From NCBI GenBank assembly GCA_020633495.1, contig JACKDR010000001.1, positions 246,105-310,104 of the forward strand: a stretch of DNA of 64,000 bases. The letters run 5' to 3'. Below the pieces are notes generated by a model. That model was not told the DNA's origin, searched no databases, and worked only from the letters and a program-made list of their open reading frames with translations. Source of the DNA: Kofleriaceae bacterium. Its GTDB lineage: Bacteria > Myxococcota_A > Polyangia > Haliangiales > Haliangiaceae. This document shows, one piece after another, positions 47,367 to 56,378 of the stretch; positions within the stretch are counted from its first letter, which is position 1; each line of letters begins with the position of its first letter. A program made the translations under genes and the position numbers.

Positions 47367-48884
47367 TCACCGGCTGCCGTACAGCACGGTCAGATCGGTG
47401 GGCACGAACGGCGACGCGACCTCGTCCTGGCCGGGCGCGAGGTCGCAGACGAAGCCGTCGAGCAGCGCGCCAGGCTCCCACGTGATGTCGCACGACAGCC
47501 GCAGGCGCTGCGCGGCCAGCCCGGTGTCGAGCTGGATCAGCTGGTACTCGAAGGTGACCAGCGTGAGGCTCGGGATCACCGGCGGGCCGCCGCCGTCACC
47601 GCCCGACGGCTCGGTGAGGTAGCCGGCGGCGACGACGATCGCCGCGTGCTCGCCGTCGGGCAGGATCGCCAGCCGCGACGCCGCCGCGAGGTCCGAGGTC
47701 ATGACGATCAGGACGGTCTGGCCCTGGCCGTCGAGCGTGGTGGCGCGGGCGCGGCCCTCGAGCGTCGGCAGCGCCACCACCGTCGGCGTCCCGCCGGTGG
47801 CCGGCACCGACGCCAGGGTCAGGTGGGCGTCGGCGCCGTCGACGTGACCGGTCGCCCAGACCCGGCCCCGCGCCGCCGCCACCGCCGACGCGCCGGGCAG
47901 CTCGAGCAGCGTCGTCGGTGCCGCCGCGCCGGGCGCGACGCGGACCACGCGATCGCCGCACGGCAGGACCACCAGCACGGCGCCGTCGTCACCGACCGCG
48001 ACGTCGCCGGCGGGGCCGCCGAGGTCGAGCGTCGTCGGCGCGGCGCCGGCGTCGGCCAGCGCGATGCCGCGCAGGCGGGACGCGCCGCCGCAGAACAGGT
48101 TGTCGAGCGGCGCCTCGACGACCCACGCGGTGGCGTCGTCGACCGCGACCGCGCCCGCCGGTCCGGTCGCGACGAAGCGCGCCGGCGTCGCGGCGTGGGC
48201 GCGCAGGGCCGCGACATCGACGATCGAGACCCCGGTCGGCGGCTCGCGGTGGCTCGCCACCGCCCAGCGCCCGTCGGTCGACAGCGCCAGGTCGTCGACC
48301 GGCCCGGCCAGCGTCACCGCGTCGGCGCCGTCGAGCGCGTGGGTCGCGGTCGACACCACGCGCAGCGCGTCGCCGGCGACGACGACCACGCCGGCGCCGT
48401 CCGGCAGCGCCGCGGCCGCGTCGACCGGGCCGGCCGCCGCGATCGTCGTGGCGTAGGCGTCGCCGGGCGCGCCGCCGGCGTCGGCGGCGAGCAACTCGGC
48501 GCCGCCGGCGACATAGGTGAACGGGCGCCGCAGGTGGATCGGCACCTCGACCTGCGCCCCGGCGACGACGTCGACCGGCGCCGCGGCGCGCCCGTAGGCG
48601 ACGACGCGGCCCGACGCCACCACGCCGGTGAGCGCGAAGCGGACGTCGTCGCCGACCGGCAGGTCGCCGAAGTCGAGGTCGGCGCCGCGGCCGGGGTCGC
48701 GCACGGTCGCGGCGTGCACCACCGCGCCGTCGCGCTCCGACGTCAGCGTCAGCGCCGCCACCGGCCGGGTCAGCGGATCGAGCGCCGGGTCGTCGGGCAC
48801 GTCGACCCGCACCGCGACGCCGCCGGGGTCGGCGCAGCCGGCGGCCAGCAGCAGGCAGCCCAGGACCTGGCGTCGCGCCGGCAT
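47367..48884 (-). CDS. Hypothetical secreted lipoprotein (possible beta-propeller/repeat fold)
   Basis: MPARRQVLGCLLLAAGC lipobox; 505 aa; repeated ...G.VVVAGDALRVVS.../...VAVGDDGAVLVVL... strand-like blocks. Confidence 0.55.
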   Translation of the reverse strand: MPARRQVLGCLLLAAGCADPGGVAVRVDVPDDPALDPLTRPVAALTLTSERDGAVVHAATVRDPGRGADLDFGDLPVGDDVRFALTGVVASGRVVAYGRAAAPVDVVAGAQVEVPIHLRRPFTYVAGGAELLAADAGGAPGDAYATTIAAAGPVDAAAALPDGAGVVVVAGDALRVVSTATHALDGADAVTLAGPVDDLALSTDGRWAVASHREPPTGVSIVDVAALRAHAATPARFVATGPAGAVAVDDATAWVVEAPLDNLFCGGASRLRGIALADAGAAPTTLDLGGPAGDVAVGDDGAVLVVLPCGDRVVRVAPGAAAPTTLLELPGASAVAAARGRVWATGHVDGADAHLTLASVPATGGTPTVVALPTLEGRARATTLDGQGQTVLIVMTSDLAAASRLAILPDGEHAAIVVAAGYLTEPSGGDGGGPPVIPSLTLVTFEYQLIQLDTGLAAQRLRLSCDITWEPGALLDGFVCDLAPGQDEVASPFVPTDLTVLYGSR

Positions 48885-48920
48885 GCGTCGCGATCGTACA
48901 CCCCGGCCCGCGATCGCCGG

Positions 48921-49499
48921 TCAGGTTCCGTCGACCGCGATCGTCGGGCCGCCGATCGCGGCGACCGCCGCGGCGGTCTCGGCCGCGAGGCTCGCGGCGC
49001 GGGCGCGGCCGTAGCAGACCGCGACCGGCCGGGTGGCGCCGTCGTCGAGCTCGGCGACCACCGCGACCCGCACCGACGGCCGCCCCGGGACCAGCTTGAC
49101 CCGCGCCCCGCCGCGCTCGACGCGCAGCCGGCGCAGCCGCGCGGTGTCGAACCGGACCGTGCGGGTCGGCGCCGGCGCGCTGGTCGCCGCGATCTCGCCG
49201 GCGGTGATCCGCAGCTCGACCCGGGCCATCGCGACCCGCACGAACGCCCACGCCACCAGGCCGTCCATGAGCAAGGTCGCCGCCGCGACCCCGGCCGCCA
49301 TGATCGGCGGCACGAGCGCGAACAGCGCCGCCGCCAGCAGCAGCGTGGGAATCGCCGACATCGCGGCGACCGCGCCGATGCGCGCGACCAGCGGCCCCTG
49401 GGCGATCACCACCGCGGTGGCGGCGCGCTGGATCGTCAGCTCGGGGTCGGCGGGCGCGGGCATCGGCGGCATCCTGCCCTGCGCCCGACATCGCGGCAA
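48921..49499 (-). CDS. Hypothetical small membrane protein (two TM helices, possible bacterial PH-like domain)
   Basis: 192 aa. TM pair AIPTLLLAAALFALVPPIMAAGVAAATLLMDGLVAWAFV, then a soluble domain. Confidence 0.4.
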   Translation of the reverse strand: MPRCRAQGRMPPMPAPADPELTIQRAATAVVIAQGPLVARIGAVAAMSAIPTLLLAAALFALVPPIMAAGVAAATLLMDGLVAWAFVRVAMARVELRITAGEIAATSAPAPTRTVRFDTARLRRLRVERGGARVKLVPGRPSVRVAVVAELDDGATRPVAVCYGRARAASLAAETAAAVAAIGGPTIAVDGT

Positions 49500-49640
49500 G
49501 GCGCCGTCGTCCTACGTGTCGGTGTCGGTGTCTCGACGGCCTGACGCGACGGATCTCGCACGATCCGGCACGGCGCGACGCGGCGAACCGTGACGATCCG
49601 CGGGCCTGGCCGTGGCACGCTGGTTGAACCACCGGGGCCC

Positions 49641-50192
49641 ATGACCACGAACCTCGCCTCGCGCCGCGCCGCCCTGACCCTGTCGCTGCTCGTCTCCACC
49701 GGCGTGGCCGGGTGCGGCGCCACCGGCGACTGGTTCCCCTCCGACGTCGACGAGGCCAAGTCGCTGGCCGCCGACACCCAGGCGGTCGGCCGGGTCTGCG
49801 ACGCCTTCGCCGACTGGGTCTACGACCAGTACCGCGACTCCCTCGCGGTCGAGATCGCGTGCACCGCGTCCGGCATCGAGCAGAGCGCCGACGCCGCCGC
49901 CTGCGGCGCCTTCGTCCGCGACTGCATCGACGACCCGCCCGCCGAGGTCGCGGCGGCCGCCGATGCGCTGATCGCCGCCGTCGGCTGCGGCGCGATCTCG
50001 TACCAGCCCAGCGGCTGCGGCCAGACCATCTCGGATCTGCGGATCTGCCTCGACGACGTCAGCGTCGAGCTCGACCAGCTGCGCTACACCGTCGAGTGCA
50101 CCGCCGCCGGCCAGCCGCTGTCGCCGGCGGCGCTGACGATCGATGTGCCGGCGTCGTGCCTGGCGATCGAGAACGCGTGCCCGACGCCGTGA
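49641..50192 (+). CDS. Hypothetical Cys-rich lipoprotein
   Basis: ORF 49590..50192; start MTTNLASRRAALTLSLLVSTGVAGC (lipobox). Ten Cys. Confidence 0.5.
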   Translation: MTTNLASRRAALTLSLLVSTGVAGCGATGDWFPSDVDEAKSLAADTQAVGRVCDAFADWVYDQYRDSLAVEIACTASGIEQSADAAACGAFVRDCIDDPPAEVAAAADALIAAVGCGAISYQPSGCGQTISDLRICLDDVSVELDQLRYTVECTAAGQPLSPAALTIDVPASCLAIENACPTP

Positions 50193-50290
50193 CCGGCGCC
50201 GCACCGGGCCGCGACCGCGCCACCGTAACTCGCGTGGTCGGGCTCACCTCCGCCGGCTTTCGGTCGTCGCCGTCGCCTTCGCCCTGCCCT

Positions 50291-52270
50291 ATGATCCAGG
50301 CTCCGGTGTCCGCCCAGCCCGAGCTCGCCACCCCCACCGACGACCCCGACCGCGACCCGGCCGGCGCCAAGCGGGCCGGCGACTACGTCCTGGTCCGGCG
50401 CATCGGCTCGGGCGGCATGGGCGAGGTCTGGCTGGGGCGGCACGTCCTCAGCGGCTCGCTCGGCGCGGTCAAGCGGATCGGGCGCGCCGGCCAGCGCACC
50501 GCGATCGTCGGCGCCTACTTCGCGCGCGAGGGCCGCGCGATCACCCGGCTCGATCACCCGCACATCGTGCCGCTGATCGACATCGGCGCCGACTACCTGG
50601 TGACCGCGTTCGTCGACGGCGGCGACCTCGCGCGGCGGCTGCAGACGCCGATCGCGCCGGCCGCGGCGCTCCACCTGGCCCGGCAGATCGCCGACGCGCT
50701 GGTCCACGCCCACGACCGCGGCGTCGTCCACCGCGACGTCAAGCCGTCGAACGTGCTGGTCGACCGCCGCGGCAACGCCTACCTGACCGACTTCGGCCTG
50801 GCCGCGCTCGTCGACGACCCCGACGACCCGCGCCCCGGCGCCGGCACGCCGCTGTTCATGGCGCCCGAGCAGCGCCGCGGCGAGCCCGCCGGGCCCGCCG
50901 CCGACCAGTACGCGCTCGGCCGCACGCTGCTGGAGATGCTGATCGGCGGCCGCGTCCCGCTCGATCGCGAGAGCGCCCTCGCCGAGCTGCCCGCGGGCCT
51001 GCCCGACCCGCTGCGGGCGCTGCTCGAGCGCGCCACCGCGGCGCGCGCCGAGGACCGGTTCCCGTCGATGCGCGCCCTCGCCGACGCGCTGGCCGCGATC
51101 GTCGCCGATCACGCGACGCCGCCGCGGCGCCTGGCGCCGATCCTGCGCGACCCCGACGCCTTCCGCTGGGCCGCGGGCGCCCACGCCGTCGTCGACGTCG
51201 GCCCCGACGTCAGCCGCGCCGACTACCGCCTGCGCGACCTGGTCGCCGCCGGCCTGCTGCCGCGCGACGACGTCGACGAGGTCCTCGATCGCGCCGGCCT
51301 CGCCGACATCGGGTTCGCGGCGTGGGGCGATCGCGGCCGGCTCGGCGCGCTGACCGCGGCCGACGCGCTGACCCGCGCCACCGACGTCGTGATCCTGCTG
51401 CACGGCTTCGGCCACACCCGGGAGGCGTGGGGCAGCCTGGCCCGCGCGGTGTGCCGCGACAACGCGCAGGCGCTGGTGCTGGCGCCCGACGTCCACGGCT
51501 TCGGCGAGACCCGGTTCCGGCGGACCCCGACGATCGCGCAGGCCAGCATGGTCGGGCTGGCCCGCGCCGTCGACGACTGGCGCCGCCTGCTCGGGGTCGC
51601 GACGATCCCGACCGCGCTGGTCGGCCACTCGATGTGCGGGCTGGCGCTGCTGACGATCGACGACGACGGCGCCGGCCTGCGGGTGGCGCGGATCGCGGTG
51701 ACCCCGACGCTGGCGAGCCACGATCCGGCGCTGTGCCGGCGGTTCCGCAACCAGGCGCGCCTCGCGGCGACGATCGGACGCATCGCGCCGCTGCGGCGCT
51801 GGTTCATCCGGCGCTCGGCGACGCGCGTCGAGCAGAACCGCCACCTCGTGCCCGAGGCGGCCAGGCTGATGGCCGAGGAGATCGCGCGCATGCCGGGCGG
51901 CGTGCTGCACCGCGTGGCCCGCGCGATCGGCGACGCGCCGCCGCGGCTGGGCCGCCAGAGCCGGGTCGCGGTCGTGGTCGCGGTCGACGATCCGCTGATG
52001 GACTTCGCGGCGCTCGATCGCGCGATCGCCGACGTCGGGATCGCGCCCGAGCACGTCCACCGCTTCCCCGACGGCGGCCACCACCCGCACGTCGAGAGCG
52101 CCGCGCACCCCGAGTGGAGCGCGCGCAACGGCCTCGATCTGGCGCGCGTGATCGACGCGATGCTGGTGTCGGCGGCCGAGGCGCCGGTGCTCGACGGTGA
52201 CTCGCCGGTCGGGCTCGACTCGACGGTGCAGCTGCACACCACGGTCGCCGGCTCGAGCGACAGCGTCTGA
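50291..52270 (+). CDS. Ser/Thr protein kinase fused to a C-terminal alpha/beta-hydrolase fold domain
   Basis: ATG at 50291 (MIQAPVSAQPELATP). Kinase GSGGMGEVW, HRDVKPSN, DFG, GTPLFMAPE. C-terminal VVILLHGFGHTREAW...LVGHSMCGLALL (GxSxG nucleophile elbow), with Asp/His candidates downstream. Confidence 0.8.
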   Translation: MIQAPVSAQPELATPTDDPDRDPAGAKRAGDYVLVRRIGSGGMGEVWLGRHVLSGSLGAVKRIGRAGQRTAIVGAYFAREGRAITRLDHPHIVPLIDIGADYLVTAFVDGGDLARRLQTPIAPAAALHLARQIADALVHAHDRGVVHRDVKPSNVLVDRRGNAYLTDFGLAALVDDPDDPRPGAGTPLFMAPEQRRGEPAGPAADQYALGRTLLEMLIGGRVPLDRESALAELPAGLPDPLRALLERATAARAEDRFPSMRALADALAAIVADHATPPRRLAPILRDPDAFRWAAGAHAVVDVGPDVSRADYRLRDLVAAGLLPRDDVDEVLDRAGLADIGFAAWGDRGRLGALTAADALTRATDVVILLHGFGHTREAWGSLARAVCRDNAQALVLAPDVHGFGETRFRRTPTIAQASMVGLARAVDDWRRLLGVATIPTALVGHSMCGLALLTIDDDGAGLRVARIAVTPTLASHDPALCRRFRNQARLAATIGRIAPLRRWFIRRSATRVEQNRHLVPEAARLMAEEIARMPGGVLHRVARAIGDAPPRLGRQSRVAVVVAVDDPLMDFAALDRAIADVGIAPEHVHRFPDGGHHPHVESAAHPEWSARNGLDLARVIDAMLVSAAEAPVLDGDSPVGLDSTVQLHTTVAGSSDSV

Positions 52271-52290
52271 GAGGTCGTGAAACGACCTCG
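52271..52290 (+). terminator. Hairpin immediately after the kinase-hydrolase stop codon (GAGGTCGT-GAAA-ACGACCTC)
   Basis: Perfect 8-bp stem with a GAAA tetraloop starting 1 nt after the TGA at 52268..52270. No U-tract follows, as is common in high-GC genomes. A 330-bp non-coding gap with further inverted repeats follows. Confidence 0.35.
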
Positions 52291-52602
52291 TCCCGTGCAG
52301 GCAGGTCGGACGTTCCTCGTCGGAGCCGCCGATCATGCGGCGCGCGAGACGCGAAGGCTTCTCACGCGCTGACCGGCGCGGCGCGCTGACCGCGCCTCGG
52401 TGACGCGCGATCGCCGAGGCGGCGTCACCGCGCCGGGTGGCAGCTCGGCTGGCCGGTGTCGCCACCGGCGACGCCGGTGACGTCCGCTCGTCGGACGACG
52501 CGCGCCACGACGGCGCCAGGGCCGCGGCGCCTGGTCCGGACGCCGGACGCCGCGGTTGGTCCGCGCCCTGCAACCGTGGGCGCGGCGAAAGGCAGGCTGA
52601 CC

Positions 52603-53307
52603 ATGAAGCGAAGCGCAATCGGATTCACGCGCACCTTGGTGCTGTCCGCGACCACCGTCGCGGTCGGCGCCGGCTGCGCGACGGTGGACGGCGGCGGCGA
52701 CGACGGCGACGCCGACGCGCTGATCACGACCCTCGCCGCCGGCGAACGGCTCGTGATCGATCCCGCGGGCAGCGCGATCGAGCTGCGCGCCGCGCTCGAC
52801 CGCGGCGATCACGTCGACGTCGCCGACGTCGAGCTGCGGGTCGAGCACGGCGCGATCACGGTGCGCGCGGTCGCGCCGGCCCCGGCGCCCGGCGCCGACC
52901 CCGGCGCCCCGACGCCCGCCACCGACCTCGTCCTCGACGCCGAGCTGGCGTTCGCGCCGGTGGCGCTGCCCGACGACCTCGGCCCGGGCGACCTCCGCCT
53001 GGTCGACGTCGCGGTCGCGACCGCCGCGCCGGCCCGCTGCACGCCGCGGTGGACCGCGGATCAGGTCGCGTGCGACCTCGACCTCGAGCTCGACCTGCGC
53101 TGGAGCCTGGCCCGGGACGGCTGGACCTACCCGCTGGGCGGCCAGGCGCTGCGACCGATCGCCGTCGCCACGACGGTGACGCGCACCGCGGACGGCCTGC
53201 GGGTCGACGCCGCCGGCGGCGCCGACGGCACGGTGTGGCGCTGGGCCGGCGTCGCCGAGCTCGACGAGGTCGCGGTCGTGCTCGCCGCCGGCGCGGACGT
53301 CGACTGA
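52603..53307 (+). CDS. Hypothetical lipoprotein
   Basis: ORF 52456..53307; ATG at 52603 (MKRSAIGFTRTLVLSATTVAVGAGC, lipobox). Confidence 0.5.
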   Translation: MKRSAIGFTRTLVLSATTVAVGAGCATVDGGGDDGDADALITTLAAGERLVIDPAGSAIELRAALDRGDHVDVADVELRVEHGAITVRAVAPAPAPGADPGAPTPATDLVLDAELAFAPVALPDDLGPGDLRLVDVAVATAAPARCTPRWTADQVACDLDLELDLRWSLARDGWTYPLGGQALRPIAVATTVTRTADGLRVDAAGGADGTVWRWAGVAELDEVAVVLAAGADVD

Positions 53308-53358
53308 CCGCGGGCGCCGTCGCCGCGGCGCCCGGCATCCGGGCTACCATCGCCGCGG

Positions 53359-54702
53359 ATGAGGCAGTGGCCCGGCAACGTCGTCCGCTTCCTGGCGATC
53401 GTGCTGGTCGTGGTGGTCGGCGCGATCGCCTACGGCGTGGCGCGCCTGGCGACGCTGCTGCTGTACTGGCGCCGCGCCCGCCGCCGCGCCGCGGTGGCCC
53501 GGCTGCGCGGCCGCCTGCTGCGCTGGGCCATGACGCTGCTGGGCGCCACCTTCATCAAGCTCGGCCAGGTCCTCAGCACCCGCCCCGACCTGCTCGAGCC
53601 CGAGACGATCGACGAGCTCCGGCACCTGCAGGACCGGCTGCACGCGTTCGGCTACCGCAAGGTGCGGCGCATCATCGAGGCCGACCTCGGCGGCCGCGTC
53701 GAGGACCACTTCGCCGAGCTCGACCGCCGTCCGGTCGCCGCCGCCAGCGTCGCGCAGGTCCACCGCGGCCTCCTCCACGACGGCACCGAGGTCGCGGTCA
53801 AGGTCGTGCGCCCCGAGGTCCGCGGCACGATCGAGCGTGACGGCCGCCTGCTCCACTTCTTCGCCCGCATCGCCGAGCTGTCGCGGACCGCGCGGCTGTC
53901 GCGACCGGTCGATCACTGTCGCGAGCTCATCGACGGCATCCTGATGCAGACCGACCTGCGCGGCGAGGCCGCCCACTACGAGCGCTTCCGCGCCAACTTC
54001 GCCGGCGTCCCGGGCCTACGCTTCCCGACGGTGTTCCCGGCGCAGTCGAGCGAGCGGGTCCTGACCATGAGCTTCGAGCGCGGCCGCAAGATCGACGCGC
54101 TCGGCGCGGGCGGCCACCCCGAGCTGGCGCTGGTCACCCGCCGGACCTTCTTCAAGATGTGCTTCGAGGACGGCTTCGTCCACGCCGACCTCCACCCCGG
54201 CAACATGCTGGTCGGCGACGACGGTGACCTCGTGATCTTCGACGTCGGCCTGGTCAAGCACCTCGACGCCGAGCTGCTCTTGCAGCTGGTCGACTTCTCG
54301 CGCTGCGTCGCGATGGGCACCAGCGCCGACTTCGTCGGTCACCTGCGCCGCTTCCACACCTACATGGGCGACGTCGACTGGGACGAGGTCCAGCGCGACG
54401 CCGAGGCCTTCGTGGCCCGGTTCCGCGATCGGACCTCGGCGGAGCTGGAGATGGGCGTCTTCATCCGCGACGTCTTCGCGATCGGGCGCAAGCACAAGAT
54501 CCAGCCCCTGCCGGAGATGACGCTGATCCTGGTCGGCGTCGTCACCTCCGAGGGCATCGCCAAGATGCTCGACCCCGGCGTCAACACGTTCCACGAGATG
54601 GCCGCGTTCCTGATGCCGCTCGCGCAGCGGCTCGGGCTCGGGCCGGCCGCGCCGGCGCCCGCGCCGGGCGCGGGCGCGGTCACGACGCCCGATCCAGCCT
54701 GA
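53359..54702 (+). CDS. ABC1/UbiB-family atypical protein kinase with N-terminal TM helix (second copy in window)
   Basis: N-terminal TM FLAIVLVVVVGAIAYGVARLA. ABC1 motifs LGQVLSTRPDLLEPETIDELRHLQD, AAASVAQVHRGLLHDGTEVAVKVVRP, FVHADLHPGNMLV, IFDVG. Confidence 0.8.
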   Translation: MRQWPGNVVRFLAIVLVVVVGAIAYGVARLATLLLYWRRARRRAAVARLRGRLLRWAMTLLGATFIKLGQVLSTRPDLLEPETIDELRHLQDRLHAFGYRKVRRIIEADLGGRVEDHFAELDRRPVAAASVAQVHRGLLHDGTEVAVKVVRPEVRGTIERDGRLLHFFARIAELSRTARLSRPVDHCRELIDGILMQTDLRGEAAHYERFRANFAGVPGLRFPTVFPAQSSERVLTMSFERGRKIDALGAGGHPELALVTRRTFFKMCFEDGFVHADLHPGNMLVGDDGDLVIFDVGLVKHLDAELLLQLVDFSRCVAMGTSADFVGHLRRFHTYMGDVDWDEVQRDAEAFVARFRDRTSAELEMGVFIRDVFAIGRKHKIQPLPEMTLILVGVVTSEGIAKMLDPGVNTFHEMAAFLMPLAQRLGLGPAAPAPAPGAGAVTTPDPA

Positions 54703-54725
54703 CCGGCCGCGCCGGGTGTGCGAGG

Positions 54726-55277
54726 ATGCGCCGGCCCATGACACCGCTCTTCATCGACGGGACCGAGGAACGCGCCGCCGAGCTGCGCCGCATCGTGCCG
54801 GCGCTGCGCTTCGAGCTCGCCGGCCTCCCGGTGGGGTACTCGACCAGCGCGCCGGATCCGGCGACCCGCGCCCACGACATGGTGGTCGCCGCCGAGCACG
54901 TCGAGCCGTGCTTCGCCGAGGCCGTCGATCTCACGACGATGGAGGGCAAGAGCCTGCGGCTCGAGCTCGACTCCGAGAACGACAACCGGTTCTGCCGCTG
55001 GTTCCGCGAGACCCCGGTGCGGCTGCACCTGTGCGTCGCGCTGCGCCGCGCGCCGGGCGCCGAGATCGAGCTGTTCGGCGCCGAGTGCGAGGGCCGGATC
55101 GCCGACCAGCCCGCGGGGCCGCGGCCGTTCGGATGGGATCGCCTGTTCGTCCCCGACGGCTACACCCGCACGCTCGCCGAGCTGGCCGAGGCGCCGGGCG
55201 GCGACGATCCCGACCCGGTCGGCCTGCGCGGCCTGGTCTACGGCGATCTGGCGCGCGCGCTCGGCTTCACCGCCTGA
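54726..55277 (+). CDS. Ham1/Maf-like non-canonical NTP pyrophosphatase family protein (divergent)
   Basis: C-terminal FGWDRLFVPDGYTRTLAEL resembles the Ham1/RdgB FGYDPIFxPxGxxxTxAEM motif. N-terminus is divergent (alternative ATG at 54738). Confidence 0.45.
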   Translation: MRRPMTPLFIDGTEERAAELRRIVPALRFELAGLPVGYSTSAPDPATRAHDMVVAAEHVEPCFAEAVDLTTMEGKSLRLELDSENDNRFCRWFRETPVRLHLCVALRRAPGAEIELFGAECEGRIADQPAGPRPFGWDRLFVPDGYTRTLAELAEAPGGDDPDPVGLRGLVYGDLARALGFTA

Positions 55278-55313
55278 GCCGGCGGCCCCGGCCTGCCCGC
55301 GCGGCGCGGCGCG

Positions 55314-56378
55314 CTACGGCGCCGCGGTGATGGCCTCGTGCAGCGCCACCAGGCGCCACTCGTCGCCGTCGCGCAGGTAGACGTAGAACACCCGCTCGGG
55401 CAGCGGCGTGTCGCGGTCGGCGGTGACGTCGACGTTGACGCACACCCAGCCGAGGCGACCGTCGCCGGTCAGCGCGGCCCGCGGCTCGCCGCGCACGAGG
55501 GCGGCCGGCGGCTCCGCCGGCGGCGGCGCGGCGGCGGCGCCAGCCTCGTCGTCGGCGTCGGCATCGTCGCCGCCCTTCTTCTTGGCCTTCTTCTTCTTGG
55601 CCTTCTTCTTCTCGGCCTGCTTCTGCTTCGCCTTGGCGTCGGCCCGGGCCTTCTTGAGCTCCTTCTTCCACGCCTTGTAGACGGCGTCGACCCCGACCGT
55701 CGGCCGGGTCGCGCCGCGCGCGATCACCATGACGTCGTCGCGCTCGGCGAGCTGATCGATGAGGTCGTCGCGATCGACGGTCGCCTCCTCGACGAGCGCC
55801 ACCACCGGCTGGCTCGCCGGGGTCGCGCCGCCCGGCACGGCGGGCAGGACCGCGAGCTTGCCGTCGCCCTGCAGCTTCGCGGCGCGCTTGGCGGTGACCG
55901 GGCGCCCGAGCTGGACCGCGCGGATCACCCACAGGCCGTCGCTGTCGACCAGCACGAAGGTCGCCAGGTAGCTCTGGCCGTCGAAGTCGACCTGATCGGT
56001 GGCCCACGCCGAGTGGCCTCCCGGCGCCGCCGCCACGGTCAGGGCCCGCGACTTCAGCCGGTGCTTCTTGCCGCCGCCGGCCTCGAGCGCGTCGGCCAGC
56101 GCGAGCAGCGCGGCGCTGCGCTCGGCCCACACCTGCGGTCCGGGACCGGCGACGAAGACGTCGGGCGCCAGCAGCGACAGCAGGCCGTCGTGGCTGCCCA
56201 GCTCCAGCGATCGGTAGGCCTCCTCGATGACGTCGCGGGCGTTGCCCGCGGCCTCCTCGACGTCGACCGGCGCCGGCCTGCGCACCTTGGCCCCGCCGCC
56301 GCCGCCGCACGCCGTCACCGCCACCAGGATCAGCACCGAGGCGGCGACGCCGCCCCACACGCGTCGCCGAGGCTTCAT
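55314..56378 (-). CDS. Hypothetical lipoprotein with Lys-rich (AKKKKAKKK) segment; co-translated with upstream MYXO-CTERM metalloprotein
   Basis: ATG at 56378 overlaps the upstream stop (ATGA). MKPRRRVWGGVAASVLILVAVTAC lipobox. KKARADAKAKQKQAEKKKAKKKKAKKKGGDDADADDE. The longer listed ORF (to 57668) is a shadow. Confidence 0.55.
   Translation of the reverse strand: MKPRRRVWGGVAASVLILVAVTACGGGGGAKVRRPAPVDVEEAAGNARDVIEEAYRSLELGSHDGLLSLLAPDVFVAGPGPQVWAERSAALLALADALEAGGGKKHRLKSRALTVAAAPGGHSAWATDQVDFDGQSYLATFVLVDSDGLWVIRAVQLGRPVTAKRAAKLQGDGKLAVLPAVPGGATPASQPVVALVEEATVDRDDLIDQLAERDDVMVIARGATRPTVGVDAVYKAWKKELKKARADAKAKQKQAEKKKAKKKKAKKKGGDDADADDEAGAAAAPPPAEPPAALVRGEPRAALTGDGRLGWVCVNVDVTADRDTPLPERVFYVYLRDGDEWRLVALHEAITAAP

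Noticed and set aside
52291-52602. Inverted repeats in the 330-bp gap after the kinase-hydrolase gene (e.g. GGTGACGC...GCGTCACC, duplicated CGCGCTGACCG)
   Set aside because: Could be a leader or riboswitch for the downstream lipoprotein, but no known motif was recognisable. Reported only as part of the terminator feature.
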